A stretch of 63,933 nt of DNA, filler included, from Lenisia limosa (Eukaryota > Protista > Breviatea), in assembly GCA_001655205.1 (NCBI GenBank). It is 6 parts of 6 records of this genome, joined end to end, with 100 filler letters (N's around TTAATTAATTAA, not from the genome) between each part and the next. Parts side by side here need not be neighbours in the genome. Positions count along the whole stretch, not along the records: positions 49,692 to 63,933 come from LPNZ01009303.1; 5 more parts are not named here. One strand, given 5' to 3'. The notes under the pieces were generated by a model. The model was not told the DNA's origin. It searched no databases and worked only from the letters and a program-made list of their open reading frames with translations. Positions 49,592-61,558 of the stretch are shown here, one piece after another. Both the position numbers and the translations under genes were made by a program. Every line of letters starts with the position of its first letter. The stretch's first letter is position 1.

Positions 49592-49691
49592 NNNNNNNNN
49601 NNNNNNNNNNNNNNNNNNNNNNNNNNNNNNNNNNNTTAATTAATTAANNNNNNNNNNNNNNNNNNNNNNNNNNNNNNNNNNNNNNNNNNNN
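49592..49691. other. Artificial contig-joining spacer
   Basis: N run + TTAATTAATTAA (49636-49647) + N run. Confidence 0.95.
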
Positions 49692-50826
49692 AAAAAAACA
49701 ATTTCAGTTAAAAAATCGGGTAAAATCGGGTTTAGTGTCGGTAGCATATGTATGTACATATCATACATACCAACATATCATATTATATACATATTTAGAT
49801 ATGATATGATGATATTATATATAGGTCAGTAAATAAAAAGGAGCCCAGCTTTTTTAAAACGCTCATAAATGCACTTTTTCTGATCATGATTCAAATTTTC
49901 TCCAAAACTAATTAGTAGGAAGTTAAAAATGCAAAAAATAATTTTTTATTGTTTTGAGTGTCGAAAATTTTCGAAAAAAGTCCAGTTCGTCCATCCAGGT
50001 CACTCCCCTTTTTGTGAGATTTTTATTTTTATTTTTAGCCTTTTACAAAGTTGAGCCTTGTATTAGTACAATCCTCGCAACTGAGGTGAAGTTAAAAACT
50101 GANNNNNNNNNNNNNNNNNNNNNNNNNNNNNNNNNNNNNNNNNNNNNNNNNNNNNNNNNNNNNNNNNNNNNNNNNNNNNNNNNNNNNNNNNNNNNACCTC
50201 CTGAGTGGGAATGGGGGTTATTTGCCATATTTTTTAAAGATTTCCTTCATACTATCAATTTTTGTTCTTTTTTAACCAAAAATAGATCCAAAATAAAAAT
50301 CTGAATTGTTTGAATCCCATGAACGCAGGTGCATCTCTACACAAGCCTTCTATACAGCAGCATCATAACCATTTCGCTTGAAAAGCATACCAAAAGATAG
50401 CTACGAGTCATAAAAAGTTGTTTCCGCAATGTAAACTCTAAAAAGTCGAATCCTGTCAAAGATGTTAATAAAATGCTGATTTTGAGAATTTTCCGTTGTT
50501 TTTCCATATTAAGCAAGGACTTATGGTAGTGACAGACATTTTACAGGAAAGTGTTCATTTTTATCTGCAACTTGCTTGTTTAGTTACAATTAATGCCCTA
50601 ATTTGATTTTTCTTTAATACCATTAGGCTGCCGTTTGTTTGAACCCAAGTAATCTTGGAGCAAGAAGGCTTATTAATAGGTTGGTGGGACTGTGTGTTCT
50701 ATGGATTCTCACTTGGAATACTTTGCAGTTTACTTCTTGTGTGTGATGCTTGTTTGTTGAGATTGTGTGAAGTTCTTGACAATTGATTATGCTTCGTTTT
50801 TCTATACTATTTATTCCACCCCTCAG

Positions 50827-51158
50827 AAACTGAAGTGTTCATCTCGCAAAACAGAGGCTTTGACGGTGATTTTGTAGCCGTCTCCATTCTCCCCAAGGTT
50901 TGCCCACTCACCGGGTCATTCCCACGTTTAAGCAATCCTAACGTTGTAGAGGTCCCCTTTTGGTGGTGGACTCATCTGATCAAAATGAAGGTAAAAGAAT
51001 AAGATTACATGAGCCATCCTTGTTCTCTTTCTTCAATATCGCAAGATGTATAATGTAATGTCTTCTCCAGCCCTCAATCATTCCTCAGGTCCGCCCCCTC
51101 GAGGACCGGTCAAGCCTACTGCTAAGGTGGAGACCATCTTCAGAAGAAACATCAGACC
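50827..51158 (+). pseudogene. DIS3/DIS3L2 (RNase II/R family) cold-shock-domain exons, apparently truncated
   Basis: Exon 50827-50897 EVFISQNRGFDGDFVAVSILPK (cf. NRAxxGDIVAVELLP) and exon ending 51158 VKPTAKVETIFRRNIRP (cf. KPTGRVVGIIKRNWRP); no RNB catalytic motifs seen downstream. Confidence 0.55.
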
Positions 51159-51695
51159 GTGAGAGTACTTCCTTCGTCACTATTGTGCAGTTACTTTGCT
51201 ACTCTCTATTTGAATCACCATTTCTGCTATTGTTTTTAGTTTCAATCAAATACATATAAGGTCATTATAAATTAAGCTATCACCAACTTATTCATCCAAA
51301 AAATGAAGTAGTATATATGCTAGCGTCATTTAATCCGATTATATCCGATTATTTTCTATTTTTAAATTTAGGAACACCTTTTACTGTTTTTAACAAAAGT
51401 TCAGAGAACCTATGGGCTCAGCAATCTCCTGCACAACTGCATCTGGCGATTATGTACCAGCATGTATTATTTTGGGAGGTAAATCCATCATGAATGAAGC
51501 TGAGAAGCGAAAAGCAAAAACTGTTGAGCCTGTTGATGTGTCTTTTCCAAGGAGCGGGAACCCCCCATGCCGACAAGATCTCTGATTATTTCAAAAAGAA
51601 CCCTGATATCATCGCCCCTCATATTGTTGAAGCGACCCCTGAAGCAACAAAGCTGCAAGGCACAACTCATGTTACCTTTTGCAATGGCTCCCTTC

Positions 51696-51790
51696 AGGTG
51701 GTTCAGCCTTTTTTAATTTTGAAAACAATTGAAAATGGTAATTAAAATGATCATTCGGGATAATTCCGCAGGGTAGTTTTTCATATAAGT
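51696..51790 (+). mobile_element. Partial Kolobok-type MITE (left end)
   Basis: TTCA-GGTGGTTCAGCC followed by TTCGGGATAATTCCGCAGGGTAGTTTT shared with 55847 and 58050. Confidence 0.5.
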
Positions 51791-54700
51791 GGGGGCGGAA
51801 AACCCCGACAGAGGGAAACCTCGACAAGGGGCGACACGACAAAACAAAGCAATAATTAAGAATAAGACCAAAATTTAACGGACTCCTAATTTTTGTATCT
51901 TGACTATTTGGTGTTGACATGTTTCTAAATATCAAAACAATTGTGTTTAAAGAAGAAAAATAATAGGCAAACATGTGGGAAAGACCGATTTTTTGAAAAT
52001 TTAAAGATCCTTGATCAACAAAATTTGGTGATCAGCGATCTTTTTTTCTTTTTCTTTTTTTTCTTCTTTTTTTTTCTCATTTTTTCAAGCAGGAAACACC
52101 TAACAGTTAATTAAAGTATAATCTTGCTTATCGTGATGTCACCATTATTTACCAATCATCAATCAATCATTGGGATCCTAAAACTACTCACATACAGTTT
52201 GTGTTGACGAATTATGTCTCTTCCAGCATCAAGTGTCCTCCTAAATGGTATCGAAACGAGGCAATCATGGACCGGATAACGTTGGCCTTGTCACTNNNNN
52301 NNNNNATACACGTTTCAGCTGAGGTACGGTATTCTTTTATTTCCATTTCCATCAATTATTATATTTTATTCCCCAGGTTTGTGCACTTGCCTTGTATAAG
52401 CTCTTCCTACTCATCGTCATCGAGCCATCATTCACATCACACTTCCTCCAAGTAAGGATTATTGTCTATGATATTTATTATTTTTATTTTTTTGCATTTA
52501 AATTCAAGCAACCTAGAGTAGTAACAAAGTAGGTTGGAGACCAGTACCACCACGCGTATGTTAATAAAAAATTGCGATCAAAAATTCAGTCTTTTAGCAA
52601 GAAGCATGGAAATAAGTGAGTGGTGTGATAGTAATTGTACGTTCTTTGTAATCAGAGCAACTTAACTCCTTTTATTTCCTCTCATCATTCAACACAATGA
52701 CAGTATTTTCTTTTTGTCATAGGGATGTCAAAGACGTGCATGTTGTGACCCTCATTTCTGAGTCCCTCCATGGCACTGACCTTGAGGTGTATGCTGCCTC
52801 GATGAAATGTTGTGGCTTTGAAAAGACAGGGAGACATAACCCTGCGCTTATCAACAAAGATGTCTACGCACCTGGTCTTCCCTACCGTTACAACACCATC
52901 AGCGGTCCATTCTTGAAGAGTCTCTTCTCCCACATCAATCTACATACCCCTCCTGGAACTGCATTCTTTACCCCTTCTTACATTGATCCATTCCCCACTT
53001 TCAAGCCGAAGCCCACACCTGAGAAAATCATCAAGTTCCATACAAAGTTGAATGAAAGACACGGGCAATCTGCAGCACCAGTTTGCAATGGTCAAGTCAA
53101 CCAAGGAGCGAGTACAGAAGGATATTGGCAGTAATAACCCATTCTATGAAGGGGCTGCCTCATGGCTGTTCTTCTCTGTGCTGATGCCCCCCCTTCCGCC
53201 TTAAAGAAAGTTCTCGCTGCTNNNNNNNNNNNNNNNNNNNNNNNNNNNNNNNNNNNNNNNNNNNNNNNNNNNNNNNNNNNNNNNNNNNNNNNNNNNNNNN
53301 NNNNNNNNNNNNNNNNNNNNNNNNNNNNNNNNNNNNNNNNNNNNNNNNNNNNNNNNNNNNNNNNNNNNNNNNNNNNNNNNNNNNNNNNNNNNNNNNNNNN
53401 NNNNNNNNNNNNNNNNNNNNNNNNNNNNNNNNNNNNNNNNNNNNNNNNNNNNNNNNNNNNNNNNNNNNNNNNNNNNNNNNNNNNNNNNNNNNNNNNNNNN
53501 NNNNNNNNNNNNNNNNNNNNNNNNNNNNNNNNNNNNNNNNNNNNNNNNNNNNNNNNNNNNNNNNNNNNNNNNNNNNNNNNNNNNNNNNNNNNNNNNNNNN
53601 NNNNTAGAACCTACCGGCCAGAATACAACAGCAAAGAAGAAGTCCAAGAAGTAACTTGTACCTATGGTCGATTGTGTATTTTTCTCAAGTGGATGTGGTC
53701 ATTTTTTTGAAATTTATCCACTTATTTATCAAAAGGACCCCTCATTGCGTTTTTAATGAGAGAGTTTTTTGTTACTGCATATTCAAAAATATCGAACAAA
53801 ACCAAGTAAAAACGCCTCTTTTTTTTTTTTTTTTTTNNNNNNNNNNNNNNNNNNNNNNNNNNNNNNNNNNNNNNNNNNNNNNNNNNNNNNNNNNNNNNNN
53901 NNNNNNNNNNNNNNNNNNNNNNNNNNNNNNNNNNNNNNNNNNNNNNNNNNNTGATATTATATATCCTTAATAGTTCAAGAAATACCTTTTGACCAAATTT
54001 CATTGTCTGACCACTTCTTCAGTTTTTGTGGCTCCCTGGGACCCTACACACGTGATTTATTATTCATATATCCATGTTTATCACGTGACATACGACGCCT
54101 TCGATGTCGATGCCCAAGGCAAGGAGGCGCATAATGATACAGGCGGTACCGATAGGGTCAAGAGCTTTGACTGATACGTTGAGTGCAGGGACTCCGTGAC
54201 GGGACTTCTAGCTTGTGGGAGTGTCGCGGTGGAGTACCTCGAGAATCTTGCCGTTGTGGCAGACAAAGGTGAGCGCATCGAATTCCAACCGCACAGCTCT
54301 ATTCAGTTAACATTAACAACGTAATTAGAAGATGGGTGAAAATAACTCAAAATAATATGGAAGAGGAGGGGGGGGGGGGGANNNNNNNNNNNNNNNNNNN
54401 NNNNNNNNNNNNNNNNNNNNNNNNNNNNNNNNNNNNNNNNNNNNNNNNNNNNNNNNNTAAACGAAGACTGGATCTTTCATCACAAAAACGTTGCCGAAAA
54501 CACCGTTTTGGAGGGAGTTGAAGGTCAAGGTAAATTCATAATAATAATAAAAAAGGCATTTTGATGATAAACAACAGACTGCTCAATCCAGCATACATCA
54601 ACACAAGCAATGTCAATTTGCTCCCGCTTTGTTGTGAAAGTGTTGCGGCAGAAAGTTTTGGAGGTCAACGCTGCAATCATACCGAAACTAAAGCCGATTA

Positions 54701-55842
54701 GAGTCTCTCTTATCTCCCCTCAAAAAAGCAACATTTAGATGAGTGCAAACCTAAATGCATTATAATTTCCTCTGCTCAGAACACAGCGTAGAACCTCCTT
54801 CAGAAGCGCATCTTGAACGGATCTTTGGGGTCTCGACACCGGTGATGGGGCGTTTGACTGGAGCAAGGCTGTAAGTATCAAAACAAAAAAAAAAAGGGGG
54901 GGGGGGTAAAANNNNNNNNNNNNNNNNNNNNNNNNNNNNNNNNNNNNNNNNNNNNNNNNNNNNNNNNNNNNNNNNNNNNNNNNNNNNNNNNNNNNNNNGC
55001 GAAAGATTTGCTCTGGGAGGCCCGCTTGGTGTTGTGGCGCTTTTACTCAAAGACGGTCAAGACGTCATCGCCCTCGTCAGCAGAGAAGGGGTCTTCTAGT
55101 TGATCATCTTGCAGTGAGGAAAATGCTATGAACAGGGTAGTCTTCCCTTTCGAGTGGGGACAGGGCATCAAAAGGCCAGTCTTGCGATTTACATAATCTT
55201 TGGATAATGTGGGAGTGCAGTCTTAACTTTTAATGGGAGGTCAAAAACAAAATAGGCAATTGGGTGACTCCGGAGTTCGGTTCATCAAAGTGAATACTCT
55301 AAATTGTGTCTTCAACCATAGGTCCTGGGATTGATTCCACCATGAGATTATTTTTTTTATCTAAAATGCTGTTTTTATTTTATGCAGGAATAATAGTAGA
55401 ATCTTAGTGGTGATTTGCACTTTGTCACTGCATTTATAATCAGATAAACAGCCCTATTTTATCAATGACAGTCCTTAACAGTTTAAAATGTAACATTTTT
55501 TTGAAAAATCACAATATTAACAGTGTGATATATCACACATGAGAGAGGACTAACCTTCCGGTAGATTAAACTTGGGTTCTCTTGACATATGACAAAAAAG
55601 CTGGAAGCTGCTGAATGTTGATACTGAGCTCCAATCAGGGGGGGCAACTCCATTTGCATTTCTAAAGATATTTTAAATCAAAAGTGGTGGTTAAAATATG
55701 ATCTATTCTTGGGAATATTCAATATCACCATCCATTTAGATACATCATACATTATCTTCTTACCCCTCTTCGTTTCCATATTGGGTATTTATTTTATATG
55801 CTTCACTTCCATTATACATTCCCAGAAATCGAAAGATGAGGG

Positions 55843-55980
55843 TTAAGGTGGTTCATTCCTTTTTCGATTTTACAAAAGGAAGACCCTCAGAGATAATTCC
55901 GCAAGGTAGTTTTTTTATATAAAACAGTCCAGACATGAAAATTCTAAAAATAGGTAAAAATGGCCAGGAATGATTAACTG
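55843..55980 (+). mobile_element. Partial Kolobok-type MITE (left end)
   Basis: TTAA|GGTGGTTCA...GAGATAATTCCGCAAGGTAGTTTT...AAATTCTAAAAATAGGTAAAAATGGCCAGGAATG, parallel to 58050-58200. Confidence 0.6.
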
Positions 55981-56103
55981 AAAAAATCCACCATGAATTG
56001 AAAGAGCATTGAAAACAAAAAAAAAATAGAAATCATTTGTGATTATAAATGATGACTTGACGATGACATCTGTTTATTCCGTTCAGCAACATTTCTTCCC
56101 GCT

Positions 56104-56400
56104 ATGCCTACCCTTCCTCGGCTTCTTGTCCCCTCCCCTATCTTCTTCATCTTCATCCATTCTTTTATCTTCCTTAATTGTTATTCATCTTCCAAATTCA
56201 TTTCCTTCGCATCTGTAAATTCCTTAACCTTCAATTTTTATCTTCTTCGACTTCTTCCCTTCCTCAATTCTTCTTCATATCATTATCTCCATTCTGCTTC
56301 TTATATTTACTGGCTCCCTTATTCTCCTTATTTTTTCTCTTCTTCCTCTTTTCTCCTCATCCTTCTTCATCTTTCTTTTCCCCTTCTTTTAGTTAGCTGT
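56104..56400. repeat. CT-rich low-complexity tract (Glu-rich decayed coding on the minus strand)
   Basis: (TCT/TCC)n-rich sequence; minus-strand reading has multiple stops. Confidence 0.5.
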
Positions 56401-58045
56401 TAGAAACTGTCTTTCTGTTATCTTTCCTTGTTGATAACAATAGCAAGTGCGTGAATGTTGGATGTTGGTATGTGATGATAACAGTCAAAAAAAACGTAAT
56501 ACAAAGGATAGAAATACAATAGTTTTGATAAAAATTAAAAAATCGTAGTTGATCAAGAACATACGAAAGCTATAAAACAATATCAACAAATCCATCCATC
56601 ATCCAGTCAGTCAACATCAAATGTTTTTATATCTTTTTTTAAAATACAAATATGATATATAATAATTGGGTGTGTTTTTTTTTGGTTAACAGGCACCCTG
56701 TCCCTGCTATGGCTTAATCCAGCCTAAAAGTCAATAGGGAAAGAAAGGGAGGATGAGATGGAGGAGGAAAGGGTAGGGTATTGAAAGTGTCCGAAAGCTT
56801 CAAGAATGTTCGAAAAAAGTTCAAAAATACAAAAAAAGCTTGAGGTACCCATTAAAAATGGTAACAGTATGAATAACAAAGGTTGTGCCCAGCGAAAAAT
56901 ACAGATTTCTTGCTCTTTTTGTTTTATAAAAAATACACTAATTGCAATTAATTGCAATTAATTGCAAATAATATATTACCAATAAATGGCAATTAATGTA
57001 TGTAATTAATTGCCAATTAATTGCAGAGACGAAAAATATAAAAAAATTAATTGCCAATTATATGACGGCATCCTAAAATAATGCTCTTAAAAACCACCAG
57101 GTAAAACCTTGGAAAGTTCAATTGTGTTTAGCATTTTAAAGCAGGTTGGTAAGCCAGATTTTCACCTCGGAGTTTTGATCAATGCACATACATAGGCGAT
57201 GCAAGACCTCTTGTTACTAGTTCTTTTACGGCTTGTCTCTAGCATACTACCAACTTATACTTCCAACTGCATCATTCTCAAGCTTAAATGTATAAAATTG
57301 TATTTTACAGCCGAGAGAGATCACAATCTTGTTCTACTCTTCCTTTTACTTCTCCTTGGTTTCTGCATCTGTATTTATACAAGTTTTTATACATGAGCAG
57401 GCCAGAATGATTTATGATGATTTTGATGAAATTATTTTGAAAATTGATATACAGACTGGTTGGGTATCCGAGCCAAGTTTTCGGTTTATCAACCTGCTTT
57501 AATGGCATATCTGTTTATTTCTGGGAAAGAATATAATGCGGGAGGTAAAATCATGTTCATTGCGTGACACCTCCACCTTGATCATTCTTCTTCAAAAAAT
57601 CAAAACAGACCTTCAATTTGACTAAGACAACTTGAAAGCTGAACCCATTTATGATTCGAAAATAAGAAACAATATTTACTAAGATTTGCTGCATTGTAAA
57701 TCGAGAACTCGGATTTGGATCAAGTATGTTATCAAGAAGATCTGAAAGATTAAGATGAAACATACAGGAGGACTGGTTGTCCTTGTGCGTGATGTTTAAG
57801 ACTAATTACAACCTTTTTGAAAACGTTGCTTTAAATGTGCATCTTTATTTTTGTAAAGTTGAAATCTAGGGTTTTCAGCATTTATGCCTATGTATCAAAA
57901 AAAGTAGGTTAAAAATGGGGAAAGTCTGCACTTGATATGATATCATTCGATCCTCATCTATCATTGTCATATTATGTTACACGAATCTGTTAAAAAAATT
58001 GAAAATATATGTATACTCCCATATTGGCACCATGACTGTCCCCCC

Positions 58046-58472
58046 TTAAGGTGGTTCAGTCCACAATAAAGGTGTGGTAAGTAATTAAAATGAGCCTTCG
58101 GGATAATTCCGCGGGGTAGTTTTACGTATAAAACAGCCTTGAAATGGAAATTCTAAAAATGGGTGAAAAATTGCCTGGAATGTGCCTAACCGAGAATACA
58201 TCGGCGATGGGTGATGTTTTGCATAGTCACAAAAATTATTCACATTCCTCAAATATCGTGTTTAAACCCCAAAAAGGTGAAAAAAAAAAAAGCGAAGCCC
58301 AAAAACGTCTAAAATTGGAACAATCTCGGAAGCCGTGAAAATGGGCATTTTACGTTTTTCTACCCGACGCTATTTCATACAAAAAATTACCTTGCGGAAT
58401 TATTCCGAAGGTCTTTTTAATTACTTACCACACTTATATTACTATTTCCAAAAAAGGACTGAACCACCTTAA
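58046..58472. mobile_element. Complete non-autonomous Kolobok-type transposon (419 bp) with TTAA target-site duplication
   Basis: TTAA(58046-49)|GGTGGTTCAGTCC...GGACTGAACCACC|TTAA(58469-72); long imperfect subterminal inverted repeats (GTGTGGTAAGTAATTAAAA...TTCGGGATAATTCCGCGGGGTAGTTTT). Confidence 0.8.
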
Positions 58473-58754
58473 TTCAATTATGAAAGACCTGAATCCTTGA
58501 ACTCATCCAATATTAGCCTCTGCGCTCCTCAGAGAACTAGTGTTTTTTTGGTCAGATCGCTTCTTCACGACCTCGCTCGCGAACTGCTTTACTACTGTTG
58601 GCTTGTTGGTGAACTTGAAGAAATCAACCAGATCTCTTGCTGGCTTTGGTAGAAAATACCCAACACCCAAAAGCTAACCCAGTTCTTTTACATGCTGTAA
58701 TTATTGCTTTTTTTGTGAAAATATCCGCGACTAATAATAATATCAAGAGTTCAA

Positions 58755-58920
58755 TTGCTCTCAACTTCCTCCTCAACTGATCGCAACCTGTCTTTTGGGG
58801 AGCATCATGAATGGAGTTTTAGAATGAATTGATGTGTTTTTTTGTGTCGATTTTGTATGAGAAATTGGGGTTTATGAACATTTCTTTCTGCCATTTTCTT
58901 CTGTATGAACAACGCAAAAT
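58755..58920. repeat. Direct repeat copy 1 (partner at 61373-61558)
   Basis: TTGCTCTCAACTTCCTCCT...TTTTAGAATGAATTGA...GTGTCGATTTT...ATTTCTTTCTGCCATTT...AACAACGCAAAA shared. Confidence 0.7.
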
Positions 58921-61372
58921 ATGACTATTCTCTAAAACAAGTGAGGAACAATGAATCAAAATTTGTCATTTATCATATTCCCGCGGGTGAATAAATATGA
59001 TAAACGTCATCTTTTCTTATCACAATCATCATAAATACGACATTCCGATGACAAATCATGTTTTATGCTTCAGAGCGACACAGGATGATTTTTCGCGAAA
59101 AAAAAGACCCCAAAACGAAAAATATGACTTCTCATTCTCTCGAGGGTATATGTTATGGGATATGGCATTCCAGGATTTCCACTGCTGTTTTAAGGAAGTT
59201 CCGAGAGACGAACGAGGCATATATCTCCGAGGGTCAGCTTCGAGGGAATATGAGCTATCATATATCCGATGAAATATGAGAAAATTCATGTTTTGAATGA
59301 TCTCAAGCATAAAGGTGTCATAGAAAAAATATATTACTACTGTTTCAGTTTCCATAGTAAAGGCGACCTTAAAAAAGTGAAGCCTTGTGTTCAATTAATG
59401 TGTAATTATGTTATAGTGTTTCTTTACTATTCTTTCTAAACGGTGAAGTCAGGTTTTGTTGCTACTTAAAAAGAATTCTACATCATGTAACTGATGTAAA
59501 GTGATGCAGTATTAATAGTTTTTTTTTGTTCCTTTTACTGCTTACAAAAGTTGAGATGGTTTTCCTCATTGGATCCTCTTACTGCCTTGAATTGAAGAAC
59601 TGGCGTTTTTTGGAGCAAGATCTTGTTTAACAAGAAGGTTTGTTAGTGTATTTACCGTGCTGATTGACTGTAATAGGTTCTTTACTTGTCAAAACGAAGG
59701 ATTTCTTCATCTTACTGCTGAATGCTGGAAACTGACAGTCAAAGACTGCTTCTTTGACGCTAATTAAGCTGTCTTATCAAAGAAATATCAGTTTTCAAGA
59801 AGTTTTGGGGTGATCAGTTTCTTCCTGATCTGTCGAAGGTGTGCTTCCTCTCAATGTCCCTTCTTTTTAACCTTTTTAGAGTGAAAATCGTTTTAGAAGA
59901 CAACTCAAGATGATTCAGTCTTTTCTTCTTTTTGGTTGGTTGAAATCCCCTGCTCTCAGCCGTAACATTCAGAAAGTTCCTTGAGGATGATTGACTGGAG
60001 CTTTTCAAGGATCTTCTCAAGGGTATTCTCAACGTTGCTGGGTTCCTCCTTTACTCTGCAGTGTACTAGGTAGAAGCCAACCTGAATGATGAGAGGACGA
60101 AATGCAGTTTAAGCTAAGTGATAAGTAGGACAACAAATTGTATTACTGGGACTCATAAGGCCAAAGATACACTTACCATCGAGATAAGACAACTTGAGAG
60201 AAGGGGAACCAAATCAACAAAAGTCGACGCCAATCATCGAAACAGTGGTTTTACTTGACAAAATCAACAATGAAGGACCGTGTTTTCAGAGAGAGCCAGC
60301 GGTGAATGGTTAAGCTATTGGATTGAGATCAGTTGCTATTTGGGGTAGTACATTTACAGAACATATGTATATATATCGATATGTACTGTATGTACATAGT
60401 ACGAGAACACACTTCGGACTAGCATTATCATAATCTTCTACGGCCCTTTCCCCCGTGACACCCCTTATCATCCGGGTTCTCTTTCTTCCTTTCACCGGGG
60501 TCCCTTGCCTTCCTTTTAACTCTTCTAGGGAGACTCTTTTCTTCCTGAAGGTCTCGTATTGAGGAGGCTACTTCCTCAAAAACTACCAGAGATCTTATAA
60601 TCAGTTCTTCCTTCTCCTCCATGGGATTGGTTTCACAGGTATCCTTCTGATCCTTCTCTTCCGTGTCAAGTTTCCTCATCCACTTCCGCAAGTTTCTCCC
60701 CCTCCTCAGCCTCAGCTGGGTGTTCTTCTTTCAATTGACTTTCTAACAAGCTTCGTTTACCCGAGCTGATCAGTGCCTTGGCGTCCAAATGCTTATTCCA
60801 AGCACTTCAATCAACCTCGGTAGTGGGTTTCCAGGTCCCTCCTTTCACCTGCCCATTTGGGTCGTACCTTAAGCATCAAACTGCAAATTCTCCTCTCTTG
60901 TCTTCAACCACCGTTCCCTCGAAGCAACCCCCAGTCTTGAGCCGGCTGTCTCACAGCTCAGTCTTCTTCAGAAACTTGAAGCAAGCCGAATGGGATTAAC
61001 GCCCGTGGCGTCCGAACTAGCAGCTTTGGTTACTTGTTCCAAGACCGCACTGTCAACGTTTGTTGTCAAGACGGACGGGACTCTTCTGTTCTTGACCGAA
61101 GCGCCGTTCCATTCCACCAGGTAGTGGGTCAAAAGCAGACAATGGTTGCCCTGCATTGTTTCAATTCTCCATACTCATAAGCTGAAAGAAGTTCGCTCAT
61201 TGCAACCTGGTCTTCTCTGCATCCACCAGGTGTCGAGACACATTGCTGCTAACACAAGAACTATGACAGAGCCATAGATACCATCGATGACTGCCTCTCT
61301 TCTTGAAGGGGTAACAGGTACAAATTCCTCCACCAGCTTAGCACTATATTAATCATGATTTCAGGAGTATAG

Positions 61373-61558
61373 TTGCTCTCAACTTCCTCCTAAAACTGAT
61401 CGATCACGCTGAAGGCCGGTTTTAGAATGAATTGAAATGTTTTTTTTATTGTGTCGATTTTTTATGAGAGGGGTTTATGAAGATTTCTTTCTGCCATTTG
61501 TGCAGCCGAAAGTTCGGCTGCCGCCATTTTCTTCTCTCTGTCTAAACAACGCAAAAAT
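61373..61558. repeat. Direct repeat copy 2 (partner at 58755-58920)
   Basis: Same blocks in the same order, offset ~2.6 kb; a further shared block ATATCTCCGAGGG...TATGAGCTAT at 59220 and 61604. Confidence 0.7.

Noticed and set aside
53162-53710. Long ORFs spanning N runs (also 2670, 11982, 15511, 15920, 32018)
   Set aside because: Length is produced by ambiguous bases, not real open frames.
60968-61156. HYLVEWNG as a chromodomain of a chromoviral LTR element
   Set aside because: Single short motif; no integrase, RT or convincing LTR termini seen.
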